Below are positions 1-8,607 of a stretch of 24,000 nt of DNA, piece by piece. The translations under genes and the position numbers were made by a program. Position 1 is the first letter of the stretch, and the number at the start of each line of letters is the position of its first letter. Source of the DNA: Koleobacter methoxysyntrophicus. GTDB taxonomy: Bacteria > Bacillota > Thermosediminibacteria > Koleobacterales > Koleobacteraceae. The stretch lies in assembly GCF_017301615.1 (NCBI RefSeq), contig NZ_CP059066.1, forward strand, positions 2,468,888-2,492,887. The letters are read 5' to 3'. The notes beneath the pieces were generated by a model that ran no database searches, was not told the DNA's origin, and was given only the letters and a program-made list of their open reading frames with translations.

Positions 1-46
1 ATGAAAGGACGGTATTGATAGTTAAAGACAGGAGGAGGGTTATGGA

Positions 47-649
47 TTGACCTGGATTATAGTTATTTCAGTCATAGGTGGTATCACTTCCGGAGCATTT
101 TTAGTTCCCGATAGTTTGATAAGTAAAATTGATGTATTTGTAACTGGGGCTTTAGCCTTTCTCCTTTTTTGTATAGGTATGGATATAGGAAAAAACAGAG
201 CGATATTGAAAAATTTACATAAGGACGGTTTAAAAATTGTATTTTTACCTATCAGCATTGCAATCGGCAGTATTTTTGGAGCAGTGCTTTTAGGACTATT
301 TATGGGAATACCGGTTAATGAGACAAGTGCTGTTGGCGCAGGTTTCGGTTGGTACAGCTTATCGGGAATAATGATTACCCAGATTTACAATACAGAAACC
401 GGTACCCTGGCTTTTCTAACAAATGTATGGAGAGAAATCCTGGCATGCATAATTATACCGATAACCGCAAAATATTTCGGTAAATATGCTGCTATTGCTC
501 CCGGTGGGGCTACAACAATGGATGTTACACTACCTGTAATACAAAAATCAGTAGGAACCGATATGGTAATGGCAGCTTTTATAAATGGTGCAATATTATC
601 AGCCATGGTGCCTATTCTTGTACCTTTATTAATAAAAATCCCTTTTTAA
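47..649 (+). CDS. LysO/YbjE-like (DUF340) membrane exporter family protein
   Basis: 200-aa multi-pass hydrophobic ORF. The segments GAGFGWYSLSG and GGATTMDVTLPV resemble the LysO/DUF340 family as I recall it. The TTG start at 47 overlaps a TGA (48-50) that closes a frame open from the window edge (TTGA overlap), suggesting a truncated upstream partner gene. Confidence 0.6.
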   Translation: MTWIIVISVIGGITSGAFLVPDSLISKIDVFVTGALAFLLFCIGMDIGKNRAILKNLHKDGLKIVFLPISIAIGSIFGAVLLGLFMGIPVNETSAVGAGFGWYSLSGIMITQIYNTETGTLAFLTNVWREILACIIIPITAKYFGKYAAIAPGGATTMDVTLPVIQKSVGTDMVMAAFINGAILSAMVPILVPLLIKIPF

Positions 650-669
650 AGGGTTAAAAAGGTGAGATT

Positions 670-1878
670 ATGAAACATAAGAAAAAATACGAAAACCTTG
701 AGTTGAATCTTATTACAAAAAGGGCTATTATCTTTTTTGTAAATAGGTACCGTGAATTCCGTTCAGTTTCTTCAAATTTATATATAAAAGTTAAACTTTA
801 TTTTTTAAAAAACAAGTTTATAAATAAAAGAGACTCTGCATTCTTTGTAAAAATTAATATCATAAAAAAGAAGCACAAAGATATAATATTTTTGTTAACT
901 TTCAGTTTGGTTTTTATATTTATGATAATATACAGTAGTGTTTTTGACATGTTGCAACCCCTCGACTACAATGGCAAAACGAAAGAAAAAATTATAGAAA
1001 TTCTGCCTGGGAAAAACACTTCTCAGATAGCCAGGCTTTTAAAACACGAAAAATTGATTAAGAATGAAAAAGTGCTAATAATATATGCCAAGATAAAGGG
1101 ATTAGATTCAAAGTTGAAAGCAGGTAAATATATTTTACATCCGGCCATGTCCATTCCTGAAATAGTAAAGGATCTTTCCGAAGGCAATGTCCTAAATGAA
1201 AGCATAAGGTTTACGATTCCGGAGGGATTAGAATTAAAGGAAATTGCCGAACTTTTAGAAAAAAAGGGTCTTGTTGATAGTGAATATTTTATCGAAATAG
1301 CAAAGGTCAAAAACTTCCCTTTTGACTTCTTAAAAGGCCTACCCGGGGATACAACCCTAGAGGGCTATCTTTTCCCTGATACCTATGAGGTAAATAAAGA
1401 CATAGGTGAAAAGGGTATAATAAAGATAATGTTAAGGAGATTCGAGAATATATTCAATGCTGATTTTGTTTCTAGGGCAAGGGAATTGAGGTTGTCCGTT
1501 CATGAGGTAATAACCCTTGCATCGATTATTGAAAGGGAAGCAAAGGTTGATGATGAAAGACCATTAATCTCATCGGTTTTCCATAACAGGTTGAAAATAG
1601 GAAAGCTGCTGCAATCATGTGCTACAGTTCAATATGCATTAGGCGAAAGGAAAGAGACCCTTTTATTCAAGGATCTAGAAATCGATTCACCTTATAATAC
1701 TTATAAAGTACCCGGATTACCTCCAGGTCCAATATCAAATCCGGGTGAAGCGTCTATTAAAGCAGCATTATTTCCAGCAGAGACGGATTATCTATATTTT
1801 GTTTCCAATGGAGATGGGACCCATACGTTTAGCAGAACATACGGAGAACATTTAAGAACAATTAATAGAAATAATTAA
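670..1878 (+). CDS. mltG: endolytic peptidoglycan transglycosylase MltG (YceG-like)
   Basis: 402-aa ORF with SD aaggtgag just upstream of the ATG. It has a single TM helix (IIFLLTFSLVFIFMIIYSSVF) followed by a YceG domain with the hallmark segments SCATVQYALGE and SPYNTYKVPGLPPGPISNPG. Position upstream of a yrrM-like gene matches B. subtilis yrrL. Confidence 0.9.
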   Translation: MKHKKKYENLELNLITKRAIIFFVNRYREFRSVSSNLYIKVKLYFLKNKFINKRDSAFFVKINIIKKKHKDIIFLLTFSLVFIFMIIYSSVFDMLQPLDYNGKTKEKIIEILPGKNTSQIARLLKHEKLIKNEKVLIIYAKIKGLDSKLKAGKYILHPAMSIPEIVKDLSEGNVLNESIRFTIPEGLELKEIAELLEKKGLVDSEYFIEIAKVKNFPFDFLKGLPGDTTLEGYLFPDTYEVNKDIGEKGIIKIMLRRFENIFNADFVSRARELRLSVHEVITLASIIEREAKVDDERPLISSVFHNRLKIGKLLQSCATVQYALGERKETLLFKDLEIDSPYNTYKVPGLPPGPISNPGEASIKAALFPAETDYLYFVSNGDGTHTFSRTYGEHLRTINRNN

Positions 1879-1987
1879 TGATAGATATACTTTGTAGTTA
1901 GTTTAATATTTAGAGCAATACATATATCCCGCAATGCGGCCCTGTCAATTGCTAGTGGCCTCTTTAGCTGTTGCAATGGAGGAAAAT

Positions 1988-2641
1988 ATGGGAACAATTA
2001 ATTATGACTTTATAGAAGAATTTATAAGACAGTTTATTCCCGAAAGAGATGCCTTGCTTCTTGAAATTGAACGTTCAGCCAAAGAGAAAGGTATTCCTAT
2101 CGTTGAACCTGAAGTAGGTCAATTGATATACCTGCTGGCTCGTATAAAGAAATGCAAGGCAATCCTTGAAATAGGAACAGCCATAGGATATTCGACGATT
2201 ATCCTTGCCGGGGGCCTTGAACCCGGAGGAAGGCTGATTACAATAGAAAAAGACAAGGAAATGGCTGATGAGGCTGAAAAGAATTTTCAACGTTTAGGTC
2301 TATCAAATGTTATACTGCTTAAAGGGGATGCCCTTGAGATTTTAAAAAATATGGTTTCAACAGGAAATTATCAATTTGATTTTATATTTCTTGATGCAGC
2401 TAAGGGCCAGTATGTTCAATTTTTGCCTCTATGTTACAGGCTTTTAAATACCGGTGGACTTTTAGTGGCTGATAATGTACTTTATAAAGGTATGGTGGCA
2501 AATCGAGATTTATTAAAACGAAGGAAAATAACTATCGTAAAGAGGCTAAAAAAATATTTGAATCAAGTGACCAGCCATCCAAATTTGGAAACATCAATTT
2601 TACCTATCGGTGATGGTGTTTCTATAAGTTTAAAGGTTTGA
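1988..2641 (+). CDS. trmR: class I SAM-dependent O-methyltransferase, YrrM/TrmR-like (tRNA 5-hydroxyuridine methyltransferase candidate)
   Basis: SAM-binding motif ILEIGTAIGYST and the DAAKGQY / LLVADNVL segments are typical of the caffeoyl-CoA O-methyltransferase-like family. GGAGG (1978-1982) precedes the ATG at 1988, so I prefer this start over the track start at 1934. Synteny mltG-yrrM-U32 matches B. subtilis. Confidence 0.75.
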   Translation: MGTINYDFIEEFIRQFIPERDALLLEIERSAKEKGIPIVEPEVGQLIYLLARIKKCKAILEIGTAIGYSTIILAGGLEPGGRLITIEKDKEMADEAEKNFQRLGLSNVILLKGDALEILKNMVSTGNYQFDFIFLDAAKGQYVQFLPLCYRLLNTGGLLVADNVLYKGMVANRDLLKRRKITIVKRLKKYLNQVTSHPNLETSILPIGDGVSISLKV

Positions 2642-2654
2642 AAGGGAGATACTT

Positions 2655-3884
2655 ATGAAAAAACCCGAATTACTGGCTCCTGCAGGAAATTTAGAAAAAC
2701 TGAAGATAGCTGTATTGTATGGAGCAGATGCAGTTTATTTAGGCGGTCAAAACTATGGTTTAAGGGCCTTTACCGATAATTTTACATTTGAAGAAATGCA
2801 AGCGGGAGTCGATTTTGCCCATAAATATAATGTGAAGGTATATGTGACCGTTAACATCTTTTTTCACAATGATGATTTAAATGGATTAATACCTCACCTG
2901 AAGAAAATTGCAGAAATCGGGGCTGATGGAATAATAGTTTCAGACCCCGGTATTGTAATGCTGGCAAGAAAGGAAGTACCGGAGCTTGAACTTCACCTGA
3001 GCACCCAGGCAAATACTACTAACTGGGCCAGTGCCTGTTTTTGGTACGAACAGGGGGTAAAGAGGATCATCCTCGCAAGGGAACTCTCACTTCAGGAGAT
3101 TAAAGAAATAAGAGAAAAAACCCCCCGGGATTTGATGTTAGAGGTCTTTATCCACGGAGCTATGTGTATTTCGTATTCCGGGCGGTGTCTGCTCAGCAAT
3201 TATATGGCGTACAGAGATTCTAATAGGGGAGAATGTGCCCATCCATGCAGATGGAAATACTATTTAATGGAAGAACAGAGGCCGGGGGAGTATCTGCCGG
3301 TATTTGAAGATGACAGGGGTACGTATATTTTAAATTCTAAGGATCTGTGTATGATTCATAAAATACCGGAAATGGTAGAAACAGGGGTCGATAGTTTTAA
3401 AATAGAAGGCAGAATGAAAAGCGTTCACTATGTCGCCAGTGTAATAAAGGCATACAGGGAAGCTATTGATACATACTTCAAGGCACCCCAGAATTACAAA
3501 TTCAACCCCCAATGGTTAAGGGATATTGAAAAGTCCAGCCATAGAGAGTTTACTACCGGATTTTATTTCGGAAAGCCTACAGGTCTGGATCAAATATATG
3601 GAAACAGCTCTTATATAAGGGAATATGATTTTGTAGGACTGGTCGTTGATTATAAGGAGGATAAAAAATTGGCTCTTGTAGAACAGAGAAATAGATTTTG
3701 TGTCGGTGAGGTTATAGAATTTTTCGGTCCTAAGGGCGAGAGCTTTTCACAGCGAATTGAAAAGTTGTGGGATGAAAATGGCAATGAGATCGATTGTGCA
3801 CCACATCCTCAACAAAGGGTTATGATTAAGACAGAATTCCCGGTGAGCCCGTACTGCATCTTACGACGGAAAAGGGATAATTGA
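2655..3884 (+). CDS. peptidase U32 family protein (YrrO/TrhP-type, likely tRNA U34 hydroxylation factor)
   Basis: 409-aa ORF. N-terminal KPELLAPAGNLEKLKIAVLYGADAVYLGG and the cysteine-rich core (HGAMCISYSGRCLLSNY...ECAHPCRW) are characteristic of U32 collagenase-like proteins. It lies directly downstream of the trmR-like gene. Confidence 0.85.
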   Translation: MKKPELLAPAGNLEKLKIAVLYGADAVYLGGQNYGLRAFTDNFTFEEMQAGVDFAHKYNVKVYVTVNIFFHNDDLNGLIPHLKKIAEIGADGIIVSDPGIVMLARKEVPELELHLSTQANTTNWASACFWYEQGVKRIILARELSLQEIKEIREKTPRDLMLEVFIHGAMCISYSGRCLLSNYMAYRDSNRGECAHPCRWKYYLMEEQRPGEYLPVFEDDRGTYILNSKDLCMIHKIPEMVETGVDSFKIEGRMKSVHYVASVIKAYREAIDTYFKAPQNYKFNPQWLRDIEKSSHREFTTGFYFGKPTGLDQIYGNSSYIREYDFVGLVVDYKEDKKLALVEQRNRFCVGEVIEFFGPKGESFSQRIEKLWDENGNEIDCAPHPQQRVMIKTEFPVSPYCILRRKRDN

Positions 3885-4139
3885 GATTTAATATGAAAAT
3901 CCTCATCTATCCATCCATTTTCATTTTGCATACTTATGAATTTCTTTACATCTGCTAAAAACTAGTTTTTCTGGGGATACCATTAATTCCCTCATGCACT
4001 ATTATATCATAAATATATCTTAAATTTCTTTTCTTTCAGCTAGATATCAAATAAGAATTAAAAAAAATAATATATACAAGCACTTTTACCTCCAATTATT
4101 CATATAATTTAAGGTAACCAAATTGGAGGTGAAGTGCCA

Positions 4140-4850
4140 ATGGTACCAGCGTTACTTGCTGCTTTGTTGGGATTTGGGAAGGAACTACTGGTATTTGTTT
4201 CTTACATTACTAATAGCACAACCTTTCCCGAACCCCTTTCATCCGAAGAAGAGGAAAAATATCTTAAATTGTATAAAGAAGGAGATGAAGAAGCAAGGAA
4301 TATTTTAATAGAAAGGAATCTCAGGCTGGTAGCCCATATAGTAAAGAAATTCGGGAATACTAGCGAAGATACAGATGACCTTATTTCAATAGGAACCATT
4401 GGCCTCATAAAAGCTATTTCTACCTTTGACCCTAATAAAGGAACCCGTCTTGCAACATATGCTGCAAGATGTATTGAAAATGAGATCCTGATGAATCTTC
4501 GTACTACGAAAAAGACAAAAATTGAAGTTTCGCTTCATAACCCTATAGGTATTGATAAAGAAGGCAATGAAATATCATTAATGGATATTCTAGGGACCGA
4601 TTCTGATGCTGTAACTGATGAAATTGCATTAAAGTTTCAAAAGAAACGGCTTTATGATAAAATAAAATCTGCATTAAAGGGCAGGGAAAAAAAGGTAATC
4701 GAGTTAAGATACGGCCTCTTAAATGGTTCTGGAAAAACCCAGCGAGAAATCGCCCATATATTGGGGATTTCCAGGTCATATGTTTCGAGAATAGAGAAGA
4801 GGGCTATAAAAAAACTTAGTAAAGAATTAAATCCTGAAAGCTGCCATTGA
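4140..4850 (+). CDS. sigK: RNA polymerase sporulation sigma factor SigK (pro-sigma-K), uninterrupted
   Basis: Near-colinear with B. subtilis pro-sigma-K as I recall it: [90 protein letters not shown] at 4125-4129. The ATG at 4140 gives a 21-residue leader, the same length as in B. subtilis. An in-frame GTG at 4134 is an alternative start. Confidence 0.92.
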   Translation: MVPALLAALLGFGKELLVFVSYITNSTTFPEPLSSEEEEKYLKLYKEGDEEARNILIERNLRLVAHIVKKFGNTSEDTDDLISIGTIGLIKAISTFDPNKGTRLATYAARCIENEILMNLRTTKKTKIEVSLHNPIGIDKEGNEISLMDILGTDSDAVTDEIALKFQKKRLYDKIKSALKGREKKVIELRYGLLNGSGKTQREIAHILGISRSYVSRIEKRAIKKLSKELNPESCH

Positions 4851-4870
4851 TTCCGGCAGCTTTTTGTTTT
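4839..4870 (+). terminator. rho-independent terminator after sigK
   Basis: Stem agctgcc (4839-4845) pairs with ggcagct (4855-4861). The 9-nt loop contains the stop codon, and the stem is followed by tttttgtttt. Confidence 0.75.
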
Positions 4871-4919
4871 ATCATAGTTATATAACATACATATTAAATG
4901 ATTACGATGAGGTGTAGAA

Positions 4920-5435
4920 ATGCTTAAGCTATTTTGCCCGGATATGTATATTCAATCAATATACTTTCTTAAACCAGAAGACTTGGCAAACAGGGGGATT
5001 AAGGGGATAATTGTTGATCTTGATAATACCCTTGTTCCCTGGAATGCAGAAGAACCAGATAATAAGCTAATATCCTGGTTTAAAGGGTTTGACAAACGAG
5101 GCATTAAGATGTGTATAGTTTCAAATAATAAAAAAAACCGCGTCAAATCTTTTGCGAACGAATTGAGTATACCTTTTATCCATAAGGCAGTAAAACCTCG
5201 AAAAAAGGCTTTTCTTAAAGGAATAAAACTCTTAGGGACGGAAATATTCAATACTGCTGTAATCGGAGATCAAATTTTAACGGACATTTTAGGTGGCAAT
5301 CGGCTCGGTTTTTATACAGTTCTCGTAATACCAATGAGCTCAAAGGAATTATGGTGGACAAGGTTAATGAGAAAGGTTGAAAGGGTTATAATAAATATGT
5401 TAATTAAAAAGGGGTTATTGAAAAAACCGTTATGA
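4920..5435 (+). CDS. yqeG: YqeG-family HAD superfamily (IIIA) phosphatase
   Basis: 171-aa ORF with HAD motif I (IIVDLDNTLVPW), a later SNN motif and GDQILTDILGG. Position directly upstream of aroE matches the B. subtilis yqeG cluster. Confidence 0.85.
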   Translation: MLKLFCPDMYIQSIYFLKPEDLANRGIKGIIVDLDNTLVPWNAEEPDNKLISWFKGFDKRGIKMCIVSNNKKNRVKSFANELSIPFIHKAVKPRKKAFLKGIKLLGTEIFNTAVIGDQILTDILGGNRLGFYTVLVIPMSSKELWWTRLMRKVERVIINMLIKKGLLKKPL

Positions 5436-5482
5436 TTTATTAGAGGTTTTTAATAAAATTCAAAGTTGGAGTGATTAATGAT

Positions 5483-6364
5483 ATGAACCACAATATAATG
5501 GGAACTACGAAGGTAGTAGGAATAATAGGGTGGCCGGTGGAACATAGTTTGTCACCGGTTATGCATAATAATGCTTTTAGCTATCTGGGATTGGATTACT
5601 GCTATGTTCCCTTTCCGGTGAAACCCGATTATTTACACCAGGCCGTAAATGGTATAAGGGCTCTATCGATAAAAGGAGTAAATGTTACTGTTCCATATAA
5701 GGAAAGAATATTACCGTTGATAGATGAACTTTCAAATGAAGCTGCTCAAATAGGTGCCGTCAATACTATCCTTAATGAGAATGGCAGGTTAAAGGGATAT
5801 AATACCGATGGATTGGGATTTTATAAAGCTTTAAAGGCAGCGGGAATAAACCCTAAAGACAGGAGAGCTATACTGATAGGCGCGGGTGGAGCCGCAAGGG
5901 CAATCGGGATTTACTTAGCCTTAAAAGGTGTAGGGGGAATAATCTTAACTAACAGGTCACAGGAAAAGGCTGGTTATTTAAAAAATGAAATAAATAAGAT
6001 ATCTCCTGGAATATGTGAAGTCATTCCTTTTAATGAAAACAGTATAAAAAAAGTTTTGCAAAAAGGGGATTTGCTGGTAAATACGACCCCTCTGGGAATG
6101 AGCCCTAAAATCGAAGATTCCCCCATAAAATCAGCGGATTTTTTCAGAGAGGATATAGTAGTTTTTGATATAGTTTATAATCCTTTAGAAACCATGTTTT
6201 TGAAGATGGCAAAGCAGGCGGGTTGCTGTGTAATATATGGCGATGAAATGCTCTTGTATCAGGGGGCTGCAGCTTTTGAAATATGGACCGGCAAAGAGGC
6301 ACCGGTAGAAATAATGAGAAAGTTTCTAAAATCAAATCTGGGTAATTATACAAAATCCACCTGA
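5483..6364 (+). CDS. aroE: shikimate dehydrogenase AroE
   Basis: Motifs GWPVEHSLSPVMHN, GVNVTVPYK, AVNT, NTDGLGF and the Rossmann loop LIGAGGAARA. This is the first in-frame ATG after the GGAG at 5468-5471; the track start at 5471 is a GTG that overlaps the SD. Confidence 0.92.
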   Translation: MNHNIMGTTKVVGIIGWPVEHSLSPVMHNNAFSYLGLDYCYVPFPVKPDYLHQAVNGIRALSIKGVNVTVPYKERILPLIDELSNEAAQIGAVNTILNENGRLKGYNTDGLGFYKALKAAGINPKDRRAILIGAGGAARAIGIYLALKGVGGIILTNRSQEKAGYLKNEINKISPGICEVIPFNENSIKKVLQKGDLLVNTTPLGMSPKIEDSPIKSADFFREDIVVFDIVYNPLETMFLKMAKQAGCCVIYGDEMLLYQGAAAFEIWTGKEAPVEIMRKFLKSNLGNYTKST

Positions 6365-6446
6365 ACTTCAATTTATTATCTATTCAATTACCTGAGAATA
6401 TGGTATTATAAAATTGTGTTGAAAAGTTTTGAGGAGATGTGCTGTT

Positions 6447-6902
6447 ATGACAAACGTATTATTAATCCATGGCCCCAATTTGAATTTATTGGGGAAGAGA
6501 GAAATTGATATATATGGTAACAAAACCCTTGAGGAGATAAACGATCTTCTTATGGGGAAAGCTAGGGAATTAAAGATAAATCTTGAAATAAAACAATACA
6601 ATTGTGAAGGCCGTATTATAGAATCTATACATCAAGCAAGGGATAGATTTGATGGTATAATCATTAACCCGGGAGCATATTCCCATTATAGTATCGCTAT
6701 CAGAGATGCCATCGCCGGTGTAAAATTGCCTACAATTGAAGTTCACCTCTCAAATATATATGCTCGAGAGGATTTCAGACATTTTTCTGTAATATCCCCT
6801 GTAGTTATCGGACAGATATCAGGTCTGGGTGAATTAAGCTACATTTTAGCTTTGGAAGCCATCGTTAATATAATAGAAACTATAAAAAAACGGGGGGATT
6901 AA
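6447..6902 (+). CDS. aroQ: type II 3-dehydroquinate dehydratase AroQ
   Basis: LLIHGPNLNLLGKRE..IYG, NPGAYSHYSIAIRDA and EVHLSNIYAREDFRH are type II DHQase signatures. GAGGAG at 6431-6436 precedes the ATG at 6447. Confidence 0.92.
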   Translation: MTNVLLIHGPNLNLLGKREIDIYGNKTLEEINDLLMGKARELKINLEIKQYNCEGRIIESIHQARDRFDGIIINPGAYSHYSIAIRDAIAGVKLPTIEVHLSNIYAREDFRHFSVISPVVIGQISGLGELSYILALEAIVNIIETIKKRGD

Positions 6903-6903
6903 A

Positions 6904-7971
6904 ATGGGAAAGCGTTTAAAGAATATTAGGGAAAGGATGGCAAGGGAAGGTTATGATTCGATTCTAATTACAAAAAAACACAATGTTTACTACCTCAGTG
7001 GTTTCACTGGAACTGCAGGGGTTCTATTTATAACCATGGATGATGCCTATTTAATAACGGATTTTCGATACATACAGCAGGCAAAAGAACAGACTCTGGA
7101 ATTCAATGTTTTAAAATATGAAGATACAATATGGACTACCCTGAATAATTTGATCAGGCAAAATGGTTTAAATAATATAGCATTTGAAAGCAATCATGTT
7201 ACATATAACCAATATGAAAGGATGAAAAGGGAAATCGCTGAAATACAATTGATTCCTACCCAGGATATAGTAGAAGATTTAAGGATAAAAAAAGACGAAG
7301 AAGAAATATTAACAATAGAAAGAGCCGCACGAATTGCAGATGAAACCTTTGAACATATTCTAGATATTATCAAGCCGGGGATTAGTGAAAGGGATATAGC
7401 CTGTGAGTTAGAATATTTCATGAAACAAAAAGGAGCAGAAGGTATAGCCTTTGATACAATTGTGGCATCAGGAATTAGATCTGCCCTTCCTCACGGTGTT
7501 GCTGATAATAAAAAGATAGAAAAAGGTGATTTTGTTACATTAGATTTCGGTTGTAAATTAAACCGGTATTGCTCCGATATGACGAGGACAATAGTTATAG
7601 GTAAGCCTGATGAAGAACAAAAGAAAATATACAAAACGGTATTTGAAGCCCAAAAGGCTGCAAGGGAATATGTAAAATCCGGTTTAACGGGAGAAGAAGT
7701 GGATAAGGTAGCCAGAGATATAATAAACTTAGGTGGATATGAAGGTTTATTTGGACACGGCCTCGGCCATGGCGTGGGAGTTGAAATTCATGAAGCTCCG
7801 CGATTGGCTCCCGGTTTTAAAAGGAAGCTTGAGGAGAATATGGTCGTAACTATCGAACCTGGAATCTATATAAATGGTTTAGGGGGGGTAAGGATAGAAG
7901 ACCTGGTTGTTATAACAGAAGATGGTTGCAGGGAATTATCCAATTCTTCTAGAGAACTAATATCTGTCTAG
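6904..7971 (+). CDS. M24 family Xaa-Pro aminopeptidase/dipeptidase (YqhT-like)
   Basis: Creatinase-like N-domain plus a pita-bread catalytic domain with metal-ligand motifs (DFGCKLNRYCSDMTRT, HGLGHGVGVEIHEAP, TIEPGIY, RIED). Its position between aroQ and efp matches B. subtilis. Confidence 0.88.
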   Translation: MGKRLKNIRERMAREGYDSILITKKHNVYYLSGFTGTAGVLFITMDDAYLITDFRYIQQAKEQTLEFNVLKYEDTIWTTLNNLIRQNGLNNIAFESNHVTYNQYERMKREIAEIQLIPTQDIVEDLRIKKDEEEILTIERAARIADETFEHILDIIKPGISERDIACELEYFMKQKGAEGIAFDTIVASGIRSALPHGVADNKKIEKGDFVTLDFGCKLNRYCSDMTRTIVIGKPDEEQKKIYKTVFEAQKAAREYVKSGLTGEEVDKVARDIINLGGYEGLFGHGLGHGVGVEIHEAPRLAPGFKRKLEENMVVTIEPGIYINGLGGVRIEDLVVITEDGCRELSNSSRELISV

Positions 7972-8008
7972 TAATTATTAATCTTTCATAGAAGGAGGCT
8001 GTTGTTTT

Positions 8009-8566
8009 ATGATTTCTACAAATGATTTCAAAACAGGTGTTACTATTGAATTGGATGGGGAAGTATATGTAGTAGTGGACTTCCAGCATGTAAAGCCGGG
8101 AAAAGGAGCTGCATTTGTTAGGAGTAAATTAAAAAATGTGAAAACGGGAGGGGTTATAGAGAAAACCTTTAGGGCCGGTGAAAAGATTCCCAGAGCCCAT
8201 GTTGATAGGAAAGATATGCAATATCTTTATAAGAGCGGTGACCTTTATTATTTTATGGATATGGAAACATATGAACAGATACCTCTCCAGGAGGAACAAT
8301 TGGGGGATTCCATTAAATTTTTAAAGGAAAACATGCAGGTTACCGTAATGTTTTTTGACGGAGTATCAATAGGGGTTGAATTACCAACTTTTGTTGAACT
8401 TGAAGTAACTGAAACAGAGCCAGGGTTTAAAGGTGATACTGCTACGGGTGGTTCCAAACCGGCAAAACTTGAAACTGGGGCAGTAATACAGGTACCGTTG
8501 TTTATAGAAATAGGTGATGTTGTAAAAGTTGATACGCGGACAGGCGAGTATATTAGCAGAGTATAG
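8009..8566 (+). CDS. efp: translation elongation factor P
   Basis: 185-aa ORF starting [43 protein letters not shown], the canonical EF-P N-terminus including the modified-lysine loop KPGKG. Strong SD gaaggagg. Confidence 0.97.
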   Translation: MISTNDFKTGVTIELDGEVYVVVDFQHVKPGKGAAFVRSKLKNVKTGGVIEKTFRAGEKIPRAHVDRKDMQYLYKSGDLYYFMDMETYEQIPLQEEQLGDSIKFLKENMQVTVMFFDGVSIGVELPTFVELEVTETEPGFKGDTATGGSKPAKLETGAVIQVPLFIEIGDVVKVDTRTGEYISRV

Positions 8567-8607
8567 GAGGTATAATATACTCTGAATACGTTTTAAGGAG
8601 GTATAAA

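Noticed and set aside
1934-1987. Longer start (ATG 1934) for the O-methyltransferase, plus an imperfect hairpin (caattgcta 1946-1954 with tagctgttg 1965-1973)
   Set aside because: The extra 18 residues (MRPCQLLVASLAVAMEEN) lack an SD, whereas GGAGG sits correctly before the ATG at 1988. The hairpin has a mismatch and a wobble and no U-tract, so I cannot call it a terminator or a riboswitch.
3885-4133. Short ORFs in the sigK upstream gap: a 21-codon + strand ORF from ATG 3893 and roughly 24-40-codon minus-strand ORFs
   Set aside because: None has an SD-like sequence at proper spacing. All are short enough to arise by chance in AT-rich DNA, so no small-protein call can be supported from sequence alone.
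4123-4308. 61-aa + strand ORF overlapping the sigK start in another frame
   Set aside because: The overlapping frame encodes an unmistakable SigK. The alternative frame gives an implausible W/C/Y-rich peptide.
8558-8606. An 8-bp hairpin (agagtata with tatactct) carrying GGAGGTATAA in its loop, and an exact second copy of GGAGGTATAA 31 nt downstream serving as the SD of the next gene
   Set aside because: The stem is all A/T plus two G-C pairs and has no U-tract. No start codon follows the first SD copy. A 10-nt repeat dominated by an SD core plus TATAA is plausibly coincidental in this AT-rich genome. It may be a weak post-efp hairpin, but that is not demonstrable here.
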